Source of the DNA: Octopus sinensis
Taxonomy: Eukaryota
DNA: 46,514 bases
Direction of reading: 5' to 3'
NCBI RefSeq assembly: GCF_006345805.1
Contig: NW_021834629.1
Coordinates: 1 to 46,514, forward strand
This document shows positions 11,726 to 23,435 of this stretch, piece by piece (position 1 is the stretch's first letter; each line of letters begins with the position of its first letter). The notes below the pieces were generated by a model. It was given only the letters and a program-made list of their open reading frames with translations, was not told the DNA's origin and did not search any database. The position numbers and the translations under genes are program-made.

Positions 11726-12082
11726 AATGTACCTCTCACCTCTCTCTCTTTCTCAAACCTACTCTTTCACCACACCCATATTTCCAATGCATTCATTACC
11801 CAACCACCCCACCTTCCAAATTCTCAACGATTCCAGCGCAGCTGACCACTGGCCTCTCCTTCATAATGCCAGCCGCCCGGATCAACCACGACAGTCGAAC
11901 AATTTATGCCAGGACAGTTGAACAGGATAGTTCTTGACCAGTTTTTAGGGCCATGAACTTTGAATTGTGTTATCCAGATGACATTTTCTAACTTTTGTTT
12001 GTCGTGAATATATTTTGAGGTATTTATGGCTTTATCTGTTTAAAATATATAAAAACAAATATGTAACAAAAAAAAACTTCTA

Positions 12083-12395
12083 TGGAAGTTCCTGAGGAGG
12101 AAGGGCCCAGCATTTGGAACTGAAATCTATGAACCCCCGCCGAACTGACACCACTGCATATCAAAGATCCGGCCTTCTGCGTCTAAAGTAAGTTTAGGTG
12201 TGAAGGGCCAACAGCTATTCAATACCCTGCTGATAAACCTTCAGATATTCACGAGGAGTAAATGCGAATGTGCTCAAAGAGCATGGAGACAAATTTTTGT
12301 TTGAGATACCCGATGAATCTACATCAGGGTATGCATCACAAAAAGAGGGGAGGGGCAACTTTGTTCAACTCACTGCTTCATCGGAACCAAATCTG
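12083..12395 (+). mobile_element. CR1-group LINE ORF2 3' fragment (frameshifted)
   Basis: Interrupted translation WKFL...SLGVKGQQLFNTL / GVNANVLKEHGDKFLFEIPDESTSGY resembles the GxxLFNxLP...FKxxLDxFLxxIPDEP end of CR1/L2-group ORF2 proteins. Confidence 0.7.
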
Positions 12396-13688
12396 GAGAA
12401 GCGAGTTCGAAATAAACTAGTAATCACACTAAAAGTAGAGCCCCAGTATGGCTGCAACCCCTATCGAAAACAAGAAAAGAGACAAAGAGATTTTCAATTC
12501 ACCCTGTGTCACTATATATATACATACATACATTGTGTGTGTATGTGCATAACTTTATAAATTTTCAGACAGTGTTTATGCTTTTAGAGCTACTCATATC
12601 GCCGAACTGAATGGTATTGACCAGGTGTCGAAACCATAATGACATCAGTTAGGCAGCTGATGATGGGTGTATACATGTCATGTGTTTGTTGTGCATGAGC
12701 CTTTTGTATCTTGTGTTCTAGTGGTTCTAAGTTGCCCTTCACTGAAATGCTAGTCCTCATAGGGTTGAACCTCTTTAGGGGTTCTTTATGGTGGTCGTTG
12801 CCGTTGTTTATAGTGTACAATACTTTGACATAGCATGCTAGGCTTTCGTAAGAATTCTAACACTGGTAAGGATAATACTTGTTTAAGTTTTTCTAGTTTA
12901 TGGTAGTTTTGTTGCATATATACCTGTTTGTACTCATGCGCGCGCGCGTATGTGCATATATACATATATAATAGGTGCGCGGTCCTTGAAAATAAGGGAA
13001 GCAATGTTTCGCTTACAAATTATAGAAACAAAATTGAAACTATATTGCTTATTTTTCATCAGATCGTTCTTCTGATGTTCTGTAAAATTAATATAAGCTA
13101 CATGACATCATAGGCTTCAGATATTTACTGTCGGAATTAGCATGAGACGACATGCAGTGTAGACGACACAAAAAAAAAAATCAGCGCAAGGGAAGCAACA
13201 CGTACTGTTGCATCCTTCTCGGTGTAATATTTTAACGTTTTTCCGATAAAAATATCACGAAGACAATTTTTTTCTAGTAAGGGCTAATAACAAATAGTTT
13301 TAGATGCTAATAAATGCTTATAGGCTTAGATTAAGTTTCTGTCAATTCGCAGTACCTATGATATATTATATACCTATGACATGTATAATCCTACGTTGTT
13401 ATGTAACACTTACATAGGAAAGGGGAAGCAAGTTGATATCCTGCTTCCATTAGAAAAACGGTGTAAAGGTAACACGGGCGTAGCTTTCTGTGTTTATTCA
13501 ACTAATAATATTCTATACTTTTTCAAATTACAGGACACCCAAAATATAAAATGTGATTTAAAAAAAAATTTTTAAATAGCTGATATGTGAACATATCAAT
13601 TTGATTCAAATATCTATGTGAGATAAAATTTTGGTCATTGCTTCCCCAGCCAGAAAGATCACAACGCACCCCCGATTATATATATATA

Positions 13689-13798
13689 TCACGTGACCGA
13701 CCAGACCATCAGATGTTGTTACACATCGCTGGTCACAATGCGTTCGCATTGTTTTAGCCTTCGAATGACGCCACCCCGCTGGCTAAGCGAGCAGGCCA

Positions 13799-13799
<1 letters not shown>
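13689..13799 (-). mobile_element. ~115-bp structured element embedded in (TA)n, copy 2
   Basis: Reverse complement of 5624-5738 with only a few indels and substitutions; TA runs on both sides. Confidence 0.85.
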
Positions 13800-13831
<32 letters not shown>

Positions 13832-13842
13832 ATATTATATAT

Positions 13843-13902
<60 letters not shown>

Positions 13903-13905
<3 letters not shown>

Positions 13906-14031
13906 GGTAATTCAAAAGTCACCATACATAGGAAAAATTTATATTTATATAAGAAACAGTTAAATAAAAAAAAAATGTTTGTTATAAAAGAATACATTAT
14001 TCTTGTGTATGGCGACTTTTGAATCACCCTG
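13903..14031. mobile_element. 129-bp Tc1/mariner-type MITE
   Basis: ~30-bp TIRs cagggtaattcaaaagtcaccatac / gtatggcgacttttgaatcaccctg, flanked by TA on both sides. Confidence 0.9.
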
Positions 14032-14041
14032 TATGTATATG

Positions 14042-14135
<94 letters not shown>

Positions 14136-14871
14136 AGTATATGCATATATATGTATGCATGAGCAATTTACATACAGGTATATACTACTCATAAATACCA
14201 CTAATGATGTCAACAGCTGCTACGTATATTACGTAATCTTTGATTCCTCAACGGCTGATAAGATGAATGGTCACCGAAACTTCTAGGTGTTCCGCGAGGG
14301 AACTTGTGGTAAATGTCTCAAGTATTGCATTTATGGTATATTTAAGGCACAGTTCCCGTTTGTTTTATTCATATAAACTAAGTCGTAGCACTGACTACTT
14401 GTCGAGTCTTCCTTCCCGCTCGGTTATTAAATATCACATTTAAATTAGCTAAAAAGGTGCAGCTAGATTTGCCTTCGTCTGTCGACTATATGTATGAATG
14501 GTGTGGTGTGTGTGTGTGCGTAATGTGGCTTTGCAGAAAATAACCGTTAGTATGCTACTGTTTCCTAGCAACATTATCTGAAAATCCTTGTAATTTATTG
14601 GTGTAAACTTGGTGTAAAACTCGGTGAGGGAGTTGGAAAAAAACTAAGAACCTTTCTATGAGATAAGCGCCATGCTTGCTTGCTTACACACAGACGCACA
14701 CCTTTATAAAACATATACACACGGTGGAAACGTGTTGACTGGTTTTTTACGAGCTACATATAAGAAAGGGCCGTCCATGCGGTGTCTTGTCCACCAAGAA
14801 AGAGCAACCAAAGTTCCCCAAAACGGCATCCTAGAAAAGAGGGATACGCTAAATCCTTAAAAAAAATTGCT

Positions 14872-15085
14872 TGACTTGTTTCAGTCAGTAGACTGCGGCC
14901 ATGCTGGGGCACCACCTTCAAAAACTTTTAGTCGAATGAATTGACAAACTATTTGCTTTAGTTTAAGCCTGGTATTTATTCTGTCGGTTTCTTTTGCCGA
15001 ACCACTAAGTTACAGAGATGTAAATACACGAACGCTTGTTGTCAATCGGTGGTGGGGAACAACCTCACATACAAAGACAAATACA
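14872..15085 (-). mobile_element. SINE family B, 3' half
   Basis: acttgtttcagtc..gactgcggccatgctggggcaccacc..gccgaaccactaagttac is the reverse complement of the family B tail seen at 18600-18790. Confidence 0.85.
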
Positions 15086-15089
15086 CCTA

Positions 15090-15209
15090 TACATGCATGC
15101 ATACATACATACATACGTACGTACATACATACATACATACATACATACATACATACATACATACATACATACATACATACATACATACATACATACATAC
15201 ATACATACA

Positions 15210-15240
<31 letters not shown>
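15090..15240. repeat. (TACA)n tetranucleotide microsatellite
   Basis: Direct reading; source of the YIHT/MYVC ORFs. Confidence 0.97.
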
Positions 15241-15241
<1 letters not shown>

Positions 15242-15668
15242 CCATTTGTTCTTACTGCTCTGTTTTTGTTACCACTTTAACCCTCCGCAAATCACAAATC
15301 TTATTTAATTTGCTTTGCGGGAACGACTGTTTTAACGAAGTCACGTCTAATCCCACACGGAGTAGACAAAACAGGGGACAACTGATGAAGGGATTGTTCT
15401 TTATGTTGCCTGTCTCGCTTCCCTATTTGTTTCTTTCGTTGTTCGAAAAAAGTCCGTTTTCTATGTTTTTGTCTTTCCTGTTCTCGTTTTTCATGTTGTT
15501 CACGTTTTTTTGACGTCCTGTACCCATATAAGCATGTATATATACATATATATGAAGGTATATACACATATGTATGTATATATGCATATATATACATATT
15601 ATATAATCGAATGCCACGCATCCTTTCCAAGTAAGTTTTATTTATATATATATATATACATATATATT

Positions 15669-15776
15669 CAATTTCCGTTTACCAGATCCACTCCCAAGGC
15701 TTTCGTGAACCCATGGTTATAGTAGATGATACTTGCCCAAGTGATTGGGAAGCAAGCTTCTCGCCACACAAGCCAC
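15669..15776 (-). mobile_element. SINE family B, degenerate 5' half
   Basis: caatttccgtttaccagatccactc..tatagtagatgatacttgcccaag..gggaagcaagcttctcgccacac. Confidence 0.7.
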
Positions 15777-15930
15777 AAAAATAAGCATAAATGAAATGGT
15801 AGTCAGAGTAGAGTGCGTCAGTAGAGTATAGTAACGGAGGAAGGCAGAGACAAATGGATTGACAGATATCCGTGGGTTGTTGAGAAAGAAGTACTCAATA
15901 CGAAGAATATAGTGCACATTGATGTCCGAG

Positions 15931-16027
15931 AGCCGGTCAAGTGGTTTGTTCCTTTGGTGTTTTCCAGTCTCACTTCTGGAAACGGCTGCACACCGTAACA
16001 TCAGGGTTACAGGCAACTGGACCGGCT
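15931..16027. ncRNA. Candidate structured element, copy B (multibranch stem-loop)
   Basis: Outer arms agccggtcaagtggtttgt / acaggcaactggaccggct; inner hairpins tttccag-N8-ctggaaa (15961-15982), acgg-N7-ccgt (15982-15996) and gtaac-N6-gttac (15995-16010). Confidence 0.5.
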
Positions 16028-16849
16028 TAAAGGAGTTCTGTGTGTGTATGTGTGTGTGGTGTGTGTGTAAGAGGGAGAGACAGAGACAAACATGTTCTAT
16101 AAAAGTGAAAGCAGTGTGAATAAAAGGAAAGAGCGAAGAAAGGAGGGCGAAAAAAGGAGAGCGAAGAAAGGAGAGAGAGAGAGAAGGAATTCGTTGTTCA
16201 GTTGGTTTGTCTGAATTGGCAAATTGTAAAGAGGACACACACACTCACACACACAAGACGTATACCGTAACACACACACATACACACACAACACACATGT
16301 ATACGCTTACGCATTCACTTTCACAAATGCACACATGCACATGCACACATCTGCATGCACACGCATGCGCCTACTTTCCAGTGTTTTCTTCTTTCACTCT
16401 GGGAACGTTGCCATAGTAAAATGCGTGTGCATGTGTGTATACAAAGCACGTGGGCGTGCGTCTGTACGAAGTGTGTGTGTGTGTGTGTGATACGTGTGTG
16501 TCAGTGTTTGCAATGTAATGTTTATATGTAGAAGGGACACAAACCATCAGAACGGCAGAAATGAGAGAGCATCTAAGATCGATAGTGTTGTAACTGTTTC
16601 TCTTAGCTTCAAGTCAGTTCTAGTCTAACAGGTTACTGATCAAAGGTAAGTCAGTCGTGGCCATCCCATCGTTTAAGAGGTATCGAAAACTTGCATCGTC
16701 CACCGTGTCCTTGCAATACAGTATGAAACGTAGCTGATTTCTAGCACATTGACTAATCCCGCAGGGGCTCCTCCAATGTTTAATTTCAGCATGACATATA
16801 GCTACCAGTAATAAACTGAGATATATTCACTAAACTATACAACTTTATG

Positions 16850-17151
16850 TGGAGGCACATGGCCTAGTGGTTAGAACAGTGGACTCGCGGTCGAGGGATC
16901 GAGGGTTCGAATCTCAGACCGGGCGATGTGTGTGTTTATGAGCAAAATACCTAAGCTCCACGCGGCTCCGGCAGAATGTAATGGCGAACTCTTGCTGACT
17001 CTTTCGCCACAACTTTCTCTCACTCTTTCCTCCTGCATTTTGCAGCTCACCTGCGACGGACCGGCGTCCTGTCCAGGTGGGGAACCTATACGCCAAGGAA
17101 ACTGGGAAACCGGCTCTTATGAGCCAGGCATGGCTCGAGAGGGAACAAACA
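16850..17151 (+). mobile_element. tRNA-derived SINE, family C, full length
   Basis: A-box tggcctagtgg, B-box ggttcgaatc, central ctgcgacggaccggcgtcctgtccagg motif; 13-bp TSD atacaactttatg at 16837-16849 and 17152-17164. Confidence 0.92.
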
Positions 17152-17336
17152 ATACAACTTTATGACCTACTATTATTATTCAGGCAATTTTCACGGTGAC
17201 ATGTGTGTTCTTGCTCTACATCTGTCCAAGGTAACCTCCACCTCATGCGGCACTTCAGTGAGGTTCTCATCAAAAAAGGTTTAAAGCGTACGATGGGTTT
17301 ACCATTGCCCCTTGATGGTTTTACTAAGAGCCAGAT

Positions 17337-17600
17337 AGTTTCGGGCACGTTCTCGATGGATGGATGCAATAATGATTATGGGATAAAATACATGGTCACC
17401 CATCGGAACTGTTTTGCAACACATGTTCTATCCACCAAGAGAGACCCCGTCTCTCGTCTCTCCCATATATCTTGGCGCTGAAGACTTCGCTGCAGACGTT
17501 GGGGTCGTTGAGGGGTGTCCCGCACAAAAATGGGACACAAGGGAATCGTGTGCGCATATGTGGATAACATTAAGGTTATAGAGTCGAATACACGGGGAAG
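17337..17600 (+). mobile_element. Decayed L1/Tx1-clade reverse transcriptase fragment
   Basis: FGHVLDGW**..GHPSELF..SIHQERPRLSSLPYILALKTSLQTLGSLRGVP / ..VCAYVDNI parallels FG..W..NGxxSxxF..SVRQGCPLSPLLYxLALE..AYADD of L1/Tx1 RTs; contains stops and a frameshift. Confidence 0.7.
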
Positions 17601-18388
17601 AGAAACCGAAGGGGGTGATCAGTGCGTGAGTCGGGAGGGGTGGTACAACGAAATATATTCGAAACATCACGGTGTGTCAAAGACTCCTTACACCAATAAA
17701 TCAAAGGTATTGTGAACACGCATTGTCTGATGGAAAAAATTATTCCCCGACGACAAACTACGACAGCGATTAGCATATACACGTTCGAATTAGCCGGAGT
17801 CTATTCAGCATGAATCGTCATTTTTTATTTTATTTAAAAAAAAAAAAACGGGGAATTAAATTTTTCTGCAAATGCAGACATTTTCCCTATCTTGCTGTTG
17901 GCTAGTCCTTTCGTTTTTCTCAGAATGTTCATAATTCAGATATTTTTTATCTGTTTAATTAATGCCTTTCTATAAAAGTAGTGTTTTTTTTTTTTTTCAC
18001 TCACTTCTCACTCTGTTTTGAAAATCTCTGTCGATCATATTTTATTCTTTTTGATTCAAGCTGGACATCGCTGGATGTCAACACCTTATTCCCGGTGTCT
18101 GGATTAAACACCATAATTCCAGGTACCTTGATCAATATTTTACAACACAATGGGTTCATTCATTTGCGTGCAGTAACTGTTTCACAACTATATTTCATTA
18201 TATTGTTCTTCCCCAACAAAAAGGACTTTAATTGAATTTATTTGAACATTTTAGTATGCTTTCATTTTCTTTTCTTTTCTTTTTTTTTTTGTTTCATCTG
18301 ATTCATAACGATGCCAAGTGAAGAGAGTAATGCTACCACTCCCTACCAAACAAAACAAAAAAAAACATTTCAAAAGAGTCAAGACGTA

Positions 18389-18790
18389 GGCGTAGGAGTG
18401 GCTGTGTAGTAAGTAGCTTGCTTACGAACTACATGGTTCCGGGTTCAGTCCCACTGCGTAGCACCTTGGGCAAGTGTCTTTTACTATAGCCTCTGGCCAA
18501 CCAAAGCCTTGTGAGTGGATTTGGTAGACAGGAACTGAAAGAAGCCCGTCGTATATATGTATATGTATGTGCGTGTATATGTTTGTGTGTGTGTGCTTGT
18601 CCCTCCAGCATCGCTTGACAACCGATACTGGCGTGTTTACGACCCTGTAACTTAGCGGTTCGGCACAAGAGACCGATAGAATAAGTACTAGGCTTACAAA
18701 GAATAAGTCTGGGGTCAATGTGCTCGACTAAAGGCGGTGCTCCAGCATGGTCACAGTCAAATGATTGAAACAAGTTAAAGAGTACAGAGT
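18389..18790 (+). mobile_element. SINE family B, full length
   Basis: Head ggcgtaggagtggctgtgtagtaag..gggttcagtccc, internal (TA)/(TG) tract, tail ggcggtgctccagcatggtcacagtc..gaaacaag. Confidence 0.92.
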
Positions 18791-19185
18791 ACATAAATAA
18801 TTTTGCAATGTAATCAGACATTTCTCAGACATGGGAAGCCTGAAATTGTGTTGCCCTAACAACAACAACAACAACAACGAAAACAACACAGACACAAGTT
18901 TTGCTGAGTGAGACAAGACTGATTGGAATCCTCTTGGCCAATTTTGCTCGAATTAACTTCAACATTTAATCCCTGATTATGGAAGAGGAAATGGCGCAGT
19001 TCTAAAGAGAAGAGTGGTAAAATTGTGTCCATAAAGACTTCTCTTTCGCTGCCAGATTGAAAAGAAGTTTAAGTGGAAACTATCCCCTGAGACCAGTTGA
19101 GGTAGGGGGGGGGGTGCTTTAGCAAATTATCGTAGGAGTGAAGAAGAGGATCAGAAACATGCAGAGACTGTACGCGAAACACCTG

Positions 19186-19470
19186 CTCAGGAGTTCCATT
19201 TCCCCCAGGGAATGAAACAGCCTAAAATGGCGTGTAACAAGATGTCAGTTTTGTAATGCAATATGGACGAGTGAATGACAAGCGTACATGGGATAATCCA
19301 AAGAAGTCAGCATAGATTAGCAAATCCTAATGAAACCAGAAGACCACAAGGTCATTCTAGAGTGGCACCCTGTTGTTGGTACTGAATCAAGGACAATACC
19401 ACTGAGTGTGGAGGCCAGTTTTAACACTTGTGGCAGCAAAGGCCACTTGAGAGCTTCTTGTCCCGAGAAG
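19186..19470 (+). mobile_element. Decayed non-LTR (L1/Tx1-like) ORF1 fragment with zinc knuckle
   Basis: F-N-T-C-G-S-K-G-H-L-R-A-S-C at 19420-19461 is CX2CX4HX4C with the first Cys codon TGT changed to TTT; stops upstream. Confidence 0.65.
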
Positions 19471-20629
19471 CTTAAAAAGAAGGCGAAAAACTCAAAAGAA
19501 GGATGGACAGCAGCAGCATCAAGTGTTGCAGGCTGCTGCCTCAACAATACCACAAGTCGCACACAACAAATAACTCTAAGGATGGTAAAAACACACATCT
19601 CGTAGTCAGTTCCAGAGACTGGTAAATAAGAGACTGATACTCAGAAAGCTTCCCCTGCTAAGAATAACATCCAATCGCCTTGTGATGGGTATGAGAAGAT
19701 GGAGCAACAAAATGAAAAACTAATTGATAGAGAAACCATGGCAAAGACGATAGAACCAATCCACCTACACCCAGAAGAAAAATAAACTTAAAAGAAATAC
19801 AACTGAGAAGTCCATATTAAGGCCCAACAAAACCGATTTTACAAGACTTCATTATGGAAAAAAAGCTTTAATGGACGATGTAAACAATTTACAAGAAGAT
19901 TTTGGTCAACAAAATGGGAGAATAAATTACCAAAAAAATAGTATCTAATAGTGTGGAACATATCAGAGGAAGGTTGTTGGTCAGAGTAAATTGTTCATGG
20001 ATACGAAATGCTATATTTAAATCATAAACACACGGGACCCTTCTTCTTTATTTCGACTGTTTAACTTCTCATAGGCCACTTTCAGAGCAATACACTATAA
20101 ATGACCTAAACGGAGTGCAAGACAAGACTAAAGGCCAAAGTTGTTAGGCGTTCTGACCCCATCGAGATGGACCTTATATGATTTGTTTTTCATACAAATG
20201 TTCAACCTGATTCTTATTTTATAAGTATTTAACCCTTTTATTATATTAAAGGCTTATATTAAGGGCTCATCCATTTGTCTATTACAGAAATATAAAATTG
20301 TGAAAACACGAAAAATAAAATCTAAAATTCGCAACATGGTTCGAATTTACTTTTATATTTTTACAATTTAACATTTTACAAGTAATTTCATGCTTTAAAA
20401 AACAATCTTTAGCTAAATGGGAGTGTTATGCCACAAAGAATAGTACGAAGGAGGAAACAAAAGGAACTCAATATGGTTATTACAGTTTTATCCTATTTCA
20501 CTCTAAGCTGGAGACTTCATTAACCGTCACTTCGAGTTTTACGTCTGCGATCTTCGGTGAAATTTCGAAGCTAGGGTAGCAGGCCGGCTGATGACGACTG
20601 CTGATATAAACAGAGCAATAGGTTATACC

Positions 20630-20863
20630 TATTTCTTTACTACCCACAAGGGGGCTAAACACAGAGAGGACAAACAAGGACAGACAAACGGATTAAGTCG
20701 ATTATATGGACCCCAGTGTGTAACTGGTACTTATTTAATCGACCCCTAAAGGATGAAAGGCAAAGTCGACCTCGGCGGAATTTGAACTCAGAAAGTAGCG
20801 GCAGACGAAATACCGCAAAGCATTTCGTCCGGCGTGCTAACGTTTCTGCCAGCTCACCGCCTT
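20630..20863 (-). mobile_element. SINE family A, full length, tail type 1
   Basis: Reverse complement of the 4684-4913 element; perfect 15-bp TSD gcaataggttatacc at 20615-20629 and 20864-20878. Confidence 0.93.
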
Positions 20864-21414
20864 GCAATAGGTTATACCGCCTTCTAAAACATGGCCGAAT
20901 AGACCAGGGTGGATTGCATAATAAAGGCATCAAGTATCACAAAACTCATTGAATAATGAAGACACCCATATACAAACATTATTTGGGACAGCGCAGAACA
21001 ATCTCCCTTTTTTGTAGTCTCTCATCCCCTCCCCACCACCCAACTCACGTATCATTAGTCACCCCTCACCCCCTTCATCAACTATTCACCACATCAACCC
21101 TTCTTCAATCCTACAGTTTTCGCCTACCTCCCCTGTTCCCTATCTCTCACCCACCTACCTCCAAACACTTGTGCAACCCCCGCCCATCCACACTTTTACT
21201 TCTTCTATCCCCACTCCCTTCAACTCACCTCGTATCTTGGGATGGTGGGGTCCACCTACACGCCTCTTCACCATTTTTATCCCTTCTACCTTAATCACCT
21301 TAATTCTTGTCGACAGCCAGATATCTCTTCTGCTCAGGCCTCTTCTCTGCTACTTTAACCCCTCATCACTTAGCATAAAGCCCCTCCCCCTCGAAAGAAT
21401 TATAGATCTGCAAG

Positions 21415-21612
21415 CATCATGGCATTCTCACTCGTGCCAATGCCACGAAAAATAGCACTAAGTATATACACTGTGAAGTGATTGGCATTAGGAAGGGCAT
21501 CCCCACCGTAGAAACCATGAGAAAGCAGACAATAGAAGCATGATGCGGTCCTTGGGCCCATCGGATTCTCTCAAACCATCCAACTCATGCAAGCAAGAAA
21601 TATAGACATCTA
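21415..21612 (+). mobile_element. Old SINE fragment with ggcattaggaagggcatcc domain (MetaSINE-like)
   Basis: gtgccaatgccacg..gattggcattaggaagggcatccccaccgtagaaaccatg..ccaactcatgcaagc; family assignment from recall only. Confidence 0.55.
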
Positions 21613-22020
21613 AATAGAGTGTGTGTGTGTGTCTTCAATTTTATGTGTGTGCGCACACATACACGAAATTGAAAAATGTCAGATGATGTAAACTGAAAAG
21701 TCACCAAAAAATTATAATTTTACTGCAGTATTTTCTGCAGATCGTTTATTTTACGAAGCACCGACCTAGAACAAACAGCCACCTCTATGTTATCTATAAG
21801 TATTCTAACTAATACCCAGAAGTGACACACGGTTAGAATATTTATACAAGGCAGTTTACTCTAACATAAAGCTGTCTGTTCCATCTCGTTGCTTCTTCAC
21901 CTAACGCCAATAACCACACAAAATGCTGCAGGAATATTATAATAACTTTCTTCTATTATTAACTGAAGATGATAAAACGTCTTAATACATCAATCAATCA
22001 ATATTCCTACCTACACCAAG

Positions 22021-22236
22021 ACAGCGAGCTGGCAGAATCGTTAGCACGGCGGGTGAAATGTCGCTGAGCATTTCAGCCGTCTTTACGTCCAGATCTAAAA
22101 TTCCGGCGAGGTCGACTTTGCCTTTCATCCTTTCGGGGTCGACAAATTAAGTACCAGTCGAGCACTGGAATCGGTATGATGGGCTTACACCCTCCTCCGA
22201 ACTTGCCGGCCTCGTGCTGAAATTTGAATCCAATAT
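22021..22236 (+). mobile_element. SINE family A, tail type 2
   Basis: gcgagctggcagaatcgttagc..gaggtcgactttgcctttcatcctttcggggtcga..ggcctcgtgctgaaatttga. Confidence 0.85.
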
Positions 22237-22887
22237 CTACCCAAGATTTCGATTGTCATGAGGTGTTTTATTTACTGGAGAGGTACCGTACTATATTCGA
22301 ACTGGGGTCTTTAGGCGTAAACGAAATCTTGTATTGCTCTTGTCCTCTCGGCCACTGAAACAGCAACTCTCCCAACGGTTTTATAATATAGAATCTTTGA
22401 TATTTAGCGGTTTAAGGGAGTTGGATTCTTTTTAGAGTGCTCTGAGATTTAAACAAATAGCTATCTCCTCTCTGGACAGAAGAAACGTTGTGGGGACGGG
22501 GGTAGGGGGAATATCTAACATGGTTTCGAATCCTGTATCGTCGTTCTCTTCAGCAGTCACAGATATTTAATTAAAATACTGGAGAGACACAAGCGGTTAA
22601 AAGGTTTGAAAAACAAAGACAAAACGAATTTATTTAAAAGAAATAACTGTATTGGCAGTGCCCCAGTATGGCCACAGCCTTAACTTTGAAAAATATAAAA
22701 GAATAACAGATTACATAAGATGACAATATAAGAATATTAGATGTTATGAATATTTTCGCTGTGTACAATACATTAGAGTATTTAAGATCGATATACGTAT
22801 ATTACATGAATATAAATACATTAGACGTGTATATTAGGTAGGTATGAATATATTGGATGTATATAGTATGTAAATATACGAGATCTA

Positions 22888-23435
22888 CGGGGGGCGGGTG
22901 TCAAAAAGTAATGCCATTTTGTTTAGGACAGATATAATTACCAGCACAGGAACATGTATCATACATCAAAATAAAGCTGGTCCTCTGTCGATCACATCCC
23001 TACTCCTCAACATAGTCACCGTTTCTCTCAATGGGCAATGTTCCACCTTCGAATGAGAGCATGTATCCCTGCCCCGTAAAATTCTGTTGACTGTTCTTTG
23101 AGCCACTTCTTCACAACAGTTTTCACTTCCTTGTCACTGGACTATCATCTCTTCGGCCCCATGAAAGAGGGTTTGAGAGGCAAACATTATTCCAGTGACA
23201 AGGAAAACTGTAGTGAAGAAGTGGCTCAAAGAACAGTCAACAGAATTTTACGGAGCAGGGATACATGCTCTCATTCGAAGGTGGAACATTGCTTTTGAGA
23301 GGAACAGTGACTATGTTGAGAAGTAAGGATGTGATCCACAGAGGACCAGCTTCATTTTGATGTATGATAATTGTTCCTGTGTTGGTAATTATATCTGTCC
23401 TAAACAAAATAGCATTACTTTTTGACTCACCCTCG
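22888..23435. mobile_element. 548-bp mariner-derived fold-back MITE
   Basis: TA on both sides; arms 22888-23141 and 23191-23435 are near-perfect inverted repeats; right half encodes DYHLFGPMKEGLRGKHYSSD / VKKWLKEQSTEFYGAGIHALIRRWNIAFERNSDYVEK*, the mariner transposase C-terminus. Confidence 0.93.

Noticed and set aside
14250-14285. ctgataa..ccgaaac hammerhead-like string
   Set aside because: G8 is missing and there is no stem II or cleavage triplet
4684-17151. tRNA genes at SINE heads (e.g. 4684, 16850)
   Set aside because: A and B boxes are present but there is no complete cloverleaf, and they continue into SINE bodies bounded by TSDs
20990-21370. C-rich islands (also 11730-11930, 30110-30430) as one repeat family or G-quadruplex sites
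   Set aside because: They share composition only; I could not align them, and the G-run spacing is mostly irregular
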